From positions 32,573-96,572 of the forward strand of contig CAYJKV010000001.1 of NCBI GenBank assembly GCA_964371255.1: a stretch of DNA of 64,000 nt. Reading direction: 5' to 3'. The notes under the pieces were generated by a model. The model was not told the DNA's origin and made no database searches. It saw only the letters and a program-made list of their open reading frames with translations. The stretch comes from an uncultured Candidatus Saccharibacteria bacterium. Its GTDB lineage: Bacteria > Patescibacteriota > Andersenbacteria > UBA10190. Positions within the stretch are counted from its first letter, which is position 1. Every line of letters begins with the position of its first letter. This document shows, piece by piece, positions 36,516 to 45,398 of the stretch. The translations under genes were made by a program, and so were the position numbers.

Positions 36516-37357
36516 GCAGAAGGCTGCGCCGTGAAGTCACTGATGAGGGCTAACGCGCCATAAAAAGCCCGGTCATCACCGAGCGCGGCCGGTTTGATGG
36601 CGGGAGGGGTGGGTATGAACGCAGTGAGTTGAGTAGTCAAGTCGCTGACCTGATTAATGGAAATATCTCGCATCATCGGACCTCCCAACACGATCACAGA
36701 AGGGGACCAGAGAAAGGTTATGTTGGTTAAACCGTAAGCGAGGGACTGGGCCAGCAATGACCAAACAGCAGAGTCCTTAATTTCTTTGGGGTGACAATTA
36801 AATCGCCGCGCGACGCTGGCACCGCCCACTAAATCTTCTAGGGTAGAGGGGTGGTGGCAGTTAGGGCAGAGGTGACCACTGGCATCAATGATCTGGAAAC
36901 CAGGCTCAAAACCATACGTATTCGCATCGATTTTTTGATTGACGATGCGGGCACCGCCAACTCCGGTGCTGATGGTTAGATAGGCGACGATAGCAAAACC
37001 GCGGCCGGCGCCGCTGCAAGCTTCGCCTAAACCAGCCAAAGCAGAGTCATTAATAATATGAACCGGAGCGTGGGATATTTTTTCCAGAGCGGCTTGAATA
37101 GGCTGGCCAATCCAGCCGCGTAAGTTAGGAGAAGCGGCCAAGCGGCCGGCTGATTTATTGAACGTACCGGGTAAACCAACTATAACGCCTTGGAGGTTTT
37201 GATCGGCAATGAGCGGACGGATTTGGCCGTCAAGCAAACTGACCGCGTCGGCAAAAATAGGCGGGGTGGGAAATTTAACGGGTGGATTGAAAGAAGCAGA
37301 GGAAGACGCAGTGGTTAGGCGCGTGTTGGTGCCGCCGATGTCTATTAGGAGGAACAT
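36512..37357 (-). CDS. ROK-family sugar kinase / BadF-type ATPase. Start assigned to the internal ATG (MFLLIDIGGTNTRL).
   Basis: N-terminal LIDIGGTNTR phosphate-1 motif; Cys/His zinc motif HLCPNCHHPS. Confidence 0.65.
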   Translation of the reverse strand: MFLLIDIGGTNTRLTTASSSASFNPPVKFPTPPIFADAVSLLDGQIRPLIADQNLQGVIVGLPGTFNKSAGRLAASPNLRGWIGQPIQAALEKISHAPVHIINDSALAGLGEACSGAGRGFAIVAYLTISTGVGGARIVNQKIDANTYGFEPGFQIIDASGHLCPNCHHPSTLEDLVGGASVARRFNCHPKEIKDSAVWSLLAQSLAYGLTNITFLWSPSVIVLGGPMMRDISINQVSDLTTQLTAFIPTPPAIKPAALGDDRAFYGALALISDFTAQPSA

Positions 37358-37749
37358 AATAATAGTATAAAATCCCAAATCAGAAATACGAAATAAATTC
37401 CAATAACCAATCAAATCCCAAGCCCCAATAACCAATGACCAAGCAAATCTTAAATCCCAAATCCTAAAAAACAAATTCTCTTTTTCACCAAGTCCCCAGC
37501 TTTTTGTAATCGCTGGTTCTGGGTGAGTTCTCCCGGGATAAGGGGAGTTAGAAGGGTTTTTCGTTAATGGGTGCCAGTTAACTCCCCTTATTCTCTCTTA
37601 ACCCCCCACATCGCCGAGGCTTCGCAGGACACAGTAGGGGGAAATCATAACTTTCTCCTTATGATGGTGAGTTGTTACAGCTTTTACGAACTTGTGTATT
37701 AAATGAGCTTGGGTATAATAACGTGATAATTATTTATTATATTTGACTT

Positions 37750-38508
37750 ATGGTGAATCAAGGCGAGGATAGACCGACATCAACGACCGAAACGCAATCG
37801 GCGGTGGGAGTGCCGGTGGCGATAGTGGTAGCAGGCGCATTAATTGCGGCGGCCATTTACTTCGGCGGATCATCGGTGAAAACCGAGGGGGGCGCAGTAG
37901 TGAACGGGCCAACTAAGGCAGCCGTACAGCCAGCGGATGACGGCCAAGTGGCTGGCGTGGAAGTAGGCAATATCCGGCCAATAGATGATAAGGACCATGT
38001 ACGAGGAGCAGCGAATGCTAAAGTCACGATTATTGAATATTCGGATATCGAGTGCCCATTTTGCAAACGGTTCCATCCAACCATCAGGAAGGTTTTAGAA
38101 GCATATCCGAACGATGTGCGATGGGTTTACAGACACTTCCCGCTGGAGCAATTGCATCCCAATGCCAAGGTGGCAGCTTTGGCCACGGAGTGTGCCGGTG
38201 AACAAGGCAAGTTTTGGGAAATGCTGGATTACTTGTTAGAAAAAGTGCAAACCGGAGAGGAATTGGCGGAAGCTAACTTGCCGTCTTTAGCGCAAAAGGC
38301 TGGAGTCCCGGCGGTGAATCAGTTTACTGCTTGCCTGTCGTCACAGAAGTATGAGGCTAGAATCGCCAGTGATGTGCAAGATGCGGCGACGGCTGGCGGG
38401 CAGGGAACGCCATATAGTGTGATCATCGGTCCGAATGGAGAGAAAGAGCCTTTGTCAGGTGCGCAACCCTACGAAGCGGTTAAAGTAGCGGTAGAGAAGT
38501 TTCTATAG
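37750..38508 (+). CDS. Second DsbA-like thioredoxin-domain protein (paralog of 35315..36076).
   Basis: CPFC active site (IECPFCKRFH); FWEMLD motif shared with the paralog; N-terminal TM. Confidence 0.7.
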   Translation: MVNQGEDRPTSTTETQSAVGVPVAIVVAGALIAAAIYFGGSSVKTEGGAVVNGPTKAAVQPADDGQVAGVEVGNIRPIDDKDHVRGAANAKVTIIEYSDIECPFCKRFHPTIRKVLEAYPNDVRWVYRHFPLEQLHPNAKVAALATECAGEQGKFWEMLDYLLEKVQTGEELAEANLPSLAQKAGVPAVNQFTACLSSQKYEARIASDVQDAATAGGQGTPYSVIIGPNGEKEPLSGAQPYEAVKVAVEKFL

Positions 38509-38902
38509 TACTGAAACCAGAGGATTGGTATAAAAATAATAGGAGTTGATATTCCAGCATGACCGGAGGCTAAAGGATAAAATCCTAAATCCTATCCGCC
38601 AGATGGCGGACTAAATCCTATAACAAATTCTAAATAAAAAAATCATAAATCTTAAGCATAAAATGATTTAAGGTTGATGATGCGCTAAAGGTAGAATCCT
38701 TAACATAAAGCTAGAAAGCCAAAACCTGTCTGCAGGTAAGGCTGACTCTGTTGGCGGCGAATCCCGATCACATCCCGTCCGCCTCCGCCAGTAGGCGGAC
38801 GGCGGAACGATGGCCTATTTAAAAATGGTGCAGCGGTGATTTAGGATAAGTGACTGCTTGGGGAAATGAGATAAAGAAAGAGGGTCGTGATATAATAGGT
38901 TC

Positions 38903-39964
38903 ATGAAAGATTGGTTGTTTAGCAGTCCCCTTTGGGAAGCGGTGCTGTTTGGCAATACTTTATACGACTACCTGCTGGCAGTGGGTTTATTTGTGTCGTT
39001 TGTCCTCGTTTTTAAAGGACTACAATGGGTGGCATTGCGATCAGTTGAAGAGTTGATCAGACGAACAGAAACAGCCTGGGATGACGCAGCGATCACGATC
39101 ATTAAGACGATACGGCCGCCATTTTACTGGTACGTGGCGTTTTATATCGCGCTGAAATATTTAAGAATTGAGAGCTGGCCAGCCAAGGCGGTGGATTTGA
39201 TGTTAATAACCTGGCTGGTGTATCAAGTAGTGCTGGCCCTGAGGATTCTGATTGATTTTTATGTGGAGCAGCGGCTATCCAAAACTGACAAAGGAGCACA
39301 GGCAGCCACCCAGCTGGTGCATAGTTTGGCGGGAGTGGGATTGTGGTTGTTGGGGGGTTTGTTTATATTGCAGAATTTCGGGATTAACGTGACGTCCTTG
39401 ATCGCCGGTTTGGGTATCGGCGGGATTGCTATCGCTTTAGCGGCGCAAAATGTTTTAGCTGACCTGTTCAGTTCGATAGCGATTTATTTTGATAAACCGT
39501 TTGTGCCGGGCGACTTTATTGAGTTGAACGGTAATAAAGGTACCGTGCAGAAAATCGGAATTAAAACAACCCGGATCAGAGCACTGAACGGGGAGGAGAT
39601 TATTGTGCCCAATCGAGAAGTGACAGGAGTAGTAATCAGGAATATCGGGCGGCGGAAAGAGCGGCGGGTACTATTTAACATTGGTATTGTCTATGAGACT
39701 TTAACGGACAAGGTAAAAATGGTACCAGACTTAATCAGGCAGGTAATTGAAGCTCAAGAGCAGACGGAGTTTGACCGGGTGCATCTCAAGGAGCTGGCCG
39801 AATCAGCTCTCAATTTTGAGGCGGTCTATCACATTAAATCGAAAGACTACGAGATATACATGGACATTAACCAGCAAATATTACTGGGAATAAAAGAAGC
39901 GTTTGAACGGAACGGTATTGAGATCGCCTATCCTACGAGAACGGTCTATGTCAATAAATTATAA
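38903..39964 (+). CDS. Small-conductance mechanosensitive channel (MscS family).
   Basis: TM3 pore helix region GGLFILQNFGINVTSLIAGLGIGGIAIALAAQ followed by a beta domain. Confidence 0.8.
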   Translation: MKDWLFSSPLWEAVLFGNTLYDYLLAVGLFVSFVLVFKGLQWVALRSVEELIRRTETAWDDAAITIIKTIRPPFYWYVAFYIALKYLRIESWPAKAVDLMLITWLVYQVVLALRILIDFYVEQRLSKTDKGAQAATQLVHSLAGVGLWLLGGLFILQNFGINVTSLIAGLGIGGIAIALAAQNVLADLFSSIAIYFDKPFVPGDFIELNGNKGTVQKIGIKTTRIRALNGEEIIVPNREVTGVVIRNIGRRKERRVLFNIGIVYETLTDKVKMVPDLIRQVIEAQEQTEFDRVHLKELAESALNFEAVYHIKSKDYEIYMDINQQILLGIKEAFERNGIEIAYPTRTVYVNKL

Positions 39965-40031
39965 AAGGGGCTAAGTTACCGGATTGAGGAATATTGACTT
40001 TAAAGGAGAGAAGAAACTAGTAGAATAATTT

Positions 40032-40442
40032 TTGTCAATTAGTTTTGACAAAAATTTTGAATGCTCGCACAATCTTAACGTGTGGTTCCTTTTTTATTTC
40101 GAGGTTTTTGCAAGGACGTTTGTGATGCTTCAAACCTTCTCTTTTCAGTCGATGTTTCGGGATATTCGGCCATCAGATGTGCAGAAGATCGCCAGGCGTC
40201 AGGTGTGTTGCGTAACAGGCAAACAGATTAAGCCGGAGGACTGGCTGGCGATTGTGGTGGACGGAGGAACGCGGAAGTTCTGTTTGTCGGATTGTGTCAA
40301 CGGTCGTCGGGCTTGTGTACCAACCAGAGAACTCGTGGAAACGATGGTGCCTGGTTTTAGCAATCTGAAGCTGAAAACGGTCGATCGCTATTCATCAGGG
40401 ACTAGGAAGAAAAGCGGTACGAACGTTATGGCGGGGGTGTAG
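40032..40442 (+). CDS. Hypothetical Cys-rich small protein; possible TRASH/YHS-like metal-binding motif. Real start may be an internal Met.
   Basis: VCCVTGK...(22)...FCLSDC arrangement (C-x~22-C-x3-C). Confidence 0.3.
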   Translation: MSISFDKNFECSHNLNVWFLFYFEVFARTFVMLQTFSFQSMFRDIRPSDVQKIARRQVCCVTGKQIKPEDWLAIVVDGGTRKFCLSDCVNGRRACVPTRELVETMVPGFSNLKLKTVDRYSSGTRKKSGTNVMAGV

Positions 40443-40713
40443 CGGTTGAAGAGGGTGAGATGATATCTGGTATTATTACTCTTTTTTGATCTTGGGAGCT
40501 GTTGATGAAGAAGCCAAGAAACAACAGGCAGAATAATGCCGAGAAGCGAACAGTGGCAAACGGTACAGGGGAGAGCATTGGCTATAATCCCCCCAGCACA
40601 GTCAGGAGACGACCCAGCATAGTGCTCAGAAGAGTTCTGGTGCATGCGATGCCACTTCCCCGGAAAAATGGAAGCAACTCGAAATAGTGCATCAGGCGAT
40701 GTCATTGGCACAA

Positions 40714-40736
40714 GGCGAATGGAATCGCCTTTTTTT
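40714..40736 (+). terminator. Intrinsic terminator: ggcga-atggaa-tcgcc followed by T7.
   Basis: Hairpin plus ttttttt, 25 nt upstream of the lgt start. Confidence 0.5.
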
Positions 40737-40761
40737 CTTGGTTTAAATGTGTTGAACTATA

Positions 40762-41502
40762 ATGATGATTGAGCTATTACCCAGCCGCGAAGTTGTTATT
40801 AGTATCGGCCAATGGTCGGTGCGCTGGTACGGCGGATTATATGTGGCTGCGTTTGTACTGGGTCTATGGCTGCTGCCAAAATTACAGAAGTATCGCGGGT
40901 TGCAACTGAGAGCTGGGCTGTGGCTGGAAATGGTAACCTGGGCGGCGGCTGGGGTGCTGATAGGAGGACGATTGGGATACGTGGTGCTGTATGGATGGGA
41001 ATATTACCAAATGCATCCAAGAGAGATCTTCAATCTATGGCAGGGTGGCATGTCGAGCCACGGCGGATTTATCGGGGTGGCCATAGCGTTATGGGTCGCG
41101 AGCCGATTACAAAACATTAATTATTGGCAAATACTCGACGTGTTCGCGGTGCCGGCAGCACTGGGTTTATTATTAGGGCGGATCGGGAATGTGATTAATA
41201 ACGAAATCTTTGCGACACCGCTAAGCCAATTCTTGGTGGTAGGGAAAGATTTATTAATCGCCGTAATATGCTGGTGGCATCTACGGCGGGCAGAGGCGGC
41301 ACCGGGAAAGACGATGGCGCTATTTTTAGTCGTGTACGGAATAATGCGATTTTTGATGGAGTATGTGCGGGAACAGGATTGGCCAAGCGTCTGGGGATTA
41401 ACGCGGGGACAGTGGTTTACGTTACCGGTAATAGTGGCAGGAGTTGGCATGTGGTGGTATTTTAACCAAACCAATGATCAATCAAAAACGACATTTCGGT
41501 GA
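40762..41502 (+). CDS. lgt: Prolipoprotein diacylglyceryl transferase.
   Basis: Lgt signature region GGRLGYV and polytopic profile; 246 aa. Confidence 0.8.
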   Translation: MMIELLPSREVVISIGQWSVRWYGGLYVAAFVLGLWLLPKLQKYRGLQLRAGLWLEMVTWAAAGVLIGGRLGYVVLYGWEYYQMHPREIFNLWQGGMSSHGGFIGVAIALWVASRLQNINYWQILDVFAVPAALGLLLGRIGNVINNEIFATPLSQFLVVGKDLLIAVICWWHLRRAEAAPGKTMALFLVVYGIMRFLMEYVREQDWPSVWGLTRGQWFTLPVIVAGVGMWWYFNQTNDQSKTTFR

Positions 41503-44500
41503 GCAAATAAGAGAAAGAAGGACTCTGCTTACTCGTTTTGCGGTCCTTTATAAACAGCTCAACGCAGAGCAGCGGGAAGCGGTTGATACGATCGAGGGGC
41601 CGGTAATGGTGATGGCTGGTCCAGGAACAGGCAAAACACAAGTTTTAACGATGCGGATCGCTAATATCCTACGGCAAACGGATACCGATGCCAGCAGTAT
41701 TTTATGCTTAACTTTTACTGAATCGGCGGCGGCGGCGATGCGCGAGAGATTACTGGGAATAATTGGTACAGACGCTTACCGGGTGCGGATAGGGACCTTC
41801 CACTCTTTTTGCAATGACATTATTCAGGACAACCCGGAAAAGTTTGCTTTAGCCCAGGAGTGGCAGGCGTTAGCGCAGGTGGAACGAATTGAGGTGTTAC
41901 AGCAGGAAATTGATCGATTGCCAGGGCATAGCTCCTTGAAACCATTTGGCAGCCCGTACTTATTTTTACCGGACATTATTGAGAATTTGCAATGGCTCAA
42001 GAAAGAGGGGATAGAAGCGAAAGAGTTGCAACAACTCGTGCAAAGCAGTCAGATTTTTGCAGAAGAAGTTAGGCCATTGGTTGATGGTTTTGCTCAACAA
42101 CGGGCAACTGACCGCACCGAGCAGGCAACTAATCAATTGATTGAGGCATTGAAAGGGCGGCAGCAAAAAACAAAAGCGGGCCAGGCAGTCTGGCGCCTCG
42201 CGCAAGAGGTGATAAGGGAATATGAAACAGCCGAGGGCCAGGCGGAAAATAAGCGGCAACAAGGGAAAGCCCGTACGCAATTTAAAAATAAGTTAAAAAA
42301 AATAACAGAAGGATTGGCCAAGCAGGCACCGCGACAGGCGGAATTGGTCCGAGTATATCAAGGGTATCAAAAGCGGCTAAAAGAGATGGGGCGATATGAT
42401 TTTGACGACATGATATTGCAGGTATTGGCTGTCCTGGCAAGAGATGATGAATTGCTGGCTCAGTATCAGGAGAAATGGCAATACATACTAGTTGATGAAT
42501 ATCAGGACACTAATGGAGCACAAAATGAAATCGTTAATTTAATTAGCCGCTGGCACGAAGCGCCTAATGTATTTGTGGTGGGTGATGATCAGCAATCGAT
42601 CTTTCGTTTTCAAGGAGCTTCATTGGAGAATTTACTTGGTTTTTGGCAGCGTTATCAGACACACATCAAAGTAATAACCCTAAAGAAAAATTATCGCAGC
42701 CACCAACTAATTCTGGACGCGGCCGGACAGCTGATCAACCATAATCAGGAAACGGTGGCGCGGTATGTGCCAGGGACAAAAGTCGCGTTGACGGCGGCCA
42801 ATGGGAATGAAGCGTACAAGATAGAGGAAATTAAGTTTGAGACAGAAGAAATGGAAAGATATGGGGTGGCGCAGCGGATTAAAAGTTTGATTGAGACTGG
42901 GGTAAAGCCGGCCGAAATTGCCGTACTGGGCCGCTACAATCGCGATGTTGAAGAAATGGGTGAAGTGCTAATTAAACTGGGAGTACCTGTGGCTTTACAA
43001 GTGGGATTCAATGTTTTGCGGGAGGTGAGGGTTCAGCAATTTAAGCGTTTAGTAGAATGGGCTGTGGGGACACAGCGAGAGGACAGATTGGCCGACGTTC
43101 TGCAATATGATTGGTGGGGGTTCAAACCACTGGATGTACTGAAAATCATTTATTACGCCGGCCAAAAGCGCATGGGGGTTTTGGGTGTGCTGATGAACGA
43201 ACAGAAGCTGAAGCAGGCAGAGGTGGAGCAGCCAGATAAATTTATTGCCTGGGCACGGAGGGCGGCTAAATGGAAACGCCAGCTGGTAAATCAACCGTTA
43301 GTTTTTGTGTTTGATGAATTGCTAAATGACACAGGTTTATTAAGGAGGATTTTGCAGGAACCAAATGGATTAAACGTTTTAAATGCGCTGAACTCCTTGT
43401 GGGCGGAGCTGAAAAGAATGAGTGCGGTTAAACCTGACCTAACGATGGAGAATTTTATGGACCGTTTAGCTTTAATGGAGGAAAACCGGCTACCATTAAT
43501 GGCCGAAGCCGGGCTCAAGGGCAGCGGCGGGGTACGATTAATGACAGCGCACAAAGCGAAGGGTTTAGAGTTCGAGCAGGTCTTTATTATAAAACTGGTT
43601 GATAGGCATTGGGGTAACCAACGGAATCGGACCAGGCTGCCCTTACCGCCGGGGATTGTAAGGTTTGATCCCGTCGCCGGACAGGAAAATGATGAAGATG
43701 AACGCCGACTATTTTATGTCGCGTTAACGCGAGCTAAAAAGCATTTATATTGGTCATACGCTCAATTTGATACGAATGGAAAAGAGCAGATACCGGCTCA
43801 GTTTCGGGGCGAGGTGAGCGCGGAGTTGGTTGAATCGACGAACTGGGCCATGAGCGGGAGGCAAAGCCAAGAGTGCGCATTGCTGCAGCATGAACGCGCC
43901 GGGAAGCAATTGAATGACGAGATGATTAGGCACTGGGCAGCGGAGAAGCTCAAAACCTATGTTATGAGTGTGACGCATCTGAACCATTATTTAGAATGTC
44001 CCAGGATGTTTTATTACCGAAGTTTTCTGCATGTGCCAGCGGCAAAAAATAAACACTTAGCTTTTGGCACGGCGATGCACGGGGCGCTGTATGACGCTTG
44101 GCAAATGACGCGAGAGTCAAAACCAGTGTCAGAGAAATATTTGGTAGATCGGTTTAAGCGACGGTTGCGACGGGAGATTTTGTCCGTTAGGGATCGGCGG
44201 GACAGCATAGCAATCGGTGAAAAAGTTTTGCGTGAATATTTTCAGTATTATGGTTTTGTCGCAGGCAAAAAAATGGAGTTGGAATATAATTTTCGGCGGC
44301 ATGGTGTGCTGCTGGGGGAGTTGCCATTAACGGGGCAACTGGACAAGATTGAATATTTGAACAAGCAGCAGGTGAAAGTGGTGGATTATAAGACTGGCAA
44401 TCCTGACAGTGCATATCAAGAAAGCCGGCCGGGTGGAAAGTATCATCGCCAACTCGTGTTTTATAAACTGCTTTGTGATGAATCAAAAAGGTTTAATTAT

Positions 44501-44728
44501 CAGATGGTGAGCGGAGAATTAGATTTTATTCAGCCCAGTATGCGCCGGGGAACACTTATCCGCCTGGAGTACGTGATTACCGCGCGAGAAGTGGCGGAGC
44601 TGAAGGATACCATCGGGCGCGTGTGGGCTGAGATTAAGACATTAAAGTTTATGGATGAGGGTGCCGGTTGCGGTAAGTGCGATTACTGCCTGGCACCGCG
44701 TGCCGCAAGGCTGGTGAAATTAAAATGA
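41444..44728 (+). CDS. UvrD/PcrA-type SF1 helicase fused to a C-terminal PD-(D/E)XK (Cas4/AddB-like) nuclease with a Cys cluster.
   Basis: Walker A AGPGTGKT; motif II VDEYQDTN; C-terminal nuclease region with LECPRMFYY and a terminal CGKCDYC cysteine triad; 1094 aa. Confidence 0.8.
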   Translation: MACGGILTKPMINQKRHFGEQIRERRTLLTRFAVLYKQLNAEQREAVDTIEGPVMVMAGPGTGKTQVLTMRIANILRQTDTDASSILCLTFTESAAAAMRERLLGIIGTDAYRVRIGTFHSFCNDIIQDNPEKFALAQEWQALAQVERIEVLQQEIDRLPGHSSLKPFGSPYLFLPDIIENLQWLKKEGIEAKELQQLVQSSQIFAEEVRPLVDGFAQQRATDRTEQATNQLIEALKGRQQKTKAGQAVWRLAQEVIREYETAEGQAENKRQQGKARTQFKNKLKKITEGLAKQAPRQAELVRVYQGYQKRLKEMGRYDFDDMILQVLAVLARDDELLAQYQEKWQYILVDEYQDTNGAQNEIVNLISRWHEAPNVFVVGDDQQSIFRFQGASLENLLGFWQRYQTHIKVITLKKNYRSHQLILDAAGQLINHNQETVARYVPGTKVALTAANGNEAYKIEEIKFETEEMERYGVAQRIKSLIETGVKPAEIAVLGRYNRDVEEMGEVLIKLGVPVALQVGFNVLREVRVQQFKRLVEWAVGTQREDRLADVLQYDWWGFKPLDVLKIIYYAGQKRMGVLGVLMNEQKLKQAEVEQPDKFIAWARRAAKWKRQLVNQPLVFVFDELLNDTGLLRRILQEPNGLNVLNALNSLWAELKRMSAVKPDLTMENFMDRLALMEENRLPLMAEAGLKGSGGVRLMTAHKAKGLEFEQVFIIKLVDRHWGNQRNRTRLPLPPGIVRFDPVAGQENDEDERRLFYVALTRAKKHLYWSYAQFDTNGKEQIPAQFRGEVSAELVESTNWAMSGRQSQECALLQHERAGKQLNDEMIRHWAAEKLKTYVMSVTHLNHYLECPRMFYYRSFLHVPAAKNKHLAFGTAMHGALYDAWQMTRESKPVSEKYLVDRFKRRLRREILSVRDRRDSIAIGEKVLREYFQYYGFVAGKKMELEYNFRRHGVLLGELPLTGQLDKIEYLNKQQVKVVDYKTGNPDSAYQESRPGGKYHRQLVFYKLLCDESKRFNYQMVSGELDFIQPSMRRGTLIRLEYVITAREVAELKDTIGRVWAEIKTLKFMDEGAGCGKCDYCLAPRAARLVKLK

Positions 44729-44738
44729 AGTTGATATA

Positions 44739-45344
44739 ATGTTGACGATGAAGAATATCGGTCTAATTGGGCTAGTAGTCGCATTAGTATTAGTCTTTGG
44801 GGGCTATCTGTCCTACCGGGCGACCGGCCCGGGGACGCAGCCTAGCGTAAGTAGCGAGGGAAAGGAAAACCAAGCGGGTGCCCAGTTTATTCAAATGAAA
44901 CCGGATAACCTGCCGCCGGTGGAGCAGGAAGCAGGTCAATTAGTCGAACAAAGTACGCTCGTAGGGGAAAGTGATGAGGAGAAGACCGGAACAGTGAGCG
45001 GCGCGCGCGACGCTAACCAAGGGGGCGAACCGAAGCAGGTGAACGAGGCTAGCAAGACAGCGGTGGACCAACCAGGTGTCGTGGTCTCAATGACTGACAC
45101 AGGTTTTTTCCCGTCCACGATAACAGTAAAGGCGGGGACGATCATTAGTTTTGTAAATGATGGACAAGCGTTGCATTGGCCGGCCTCCGATCCCCATCCC
45201 GCGCATGATGGTTTGCCGGGATTTGATGCGGGGGATGGAGTGGCGACCGGAGATACTTTTGAATTTCAATTTGACCGGATAGGAGAATGGAGTTTTCATG
45301 ATCATTTAGTTCCGAGTCAGACAGGAAAAATAATCGTGGAGTGA
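44739..45344 (+). CDS. Hypothetical membrane-anchored secreted protein; C-terminal His-rich beta-rich domain (HWPASDPHPAHD...FHDH).
   Basis: N-terminal TM. No family confidently recognised. Confidence 0.3.
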   Translation: MLTMKNIGLIGLVVALVLVFGGYLSYRATGPGTQPSVSSEGKENQAGAQFIQMKPDNLPPVEQEAGQLVEQSTLVGESDEEKTGTVSGARDANQGGEPKQVNEASKTAVDQPGVVVSMTDTGFFPSTITVKAGTIISFVNDGQALHWPASDPHPAHDGLPGFDAGDGVATGDTFEFQFDRIGEWSFHDHLVPSQTGKIIVE

Positions 45345-45398
45345 GGTTAGACGGTTTATTGAGTTGAACAAAAAGGGCGTGAAGGAAGGACAATAATT

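Noticed and set aside
40502-40687. 61-aa basic ORF (MMKKPRNNRQNN...) in the lgt upstream spacer.
   Set aside because: Low-complexity, highly basic translation with no start context. The region is more plausibly non-coding (see the sRNA/attenuator finding).
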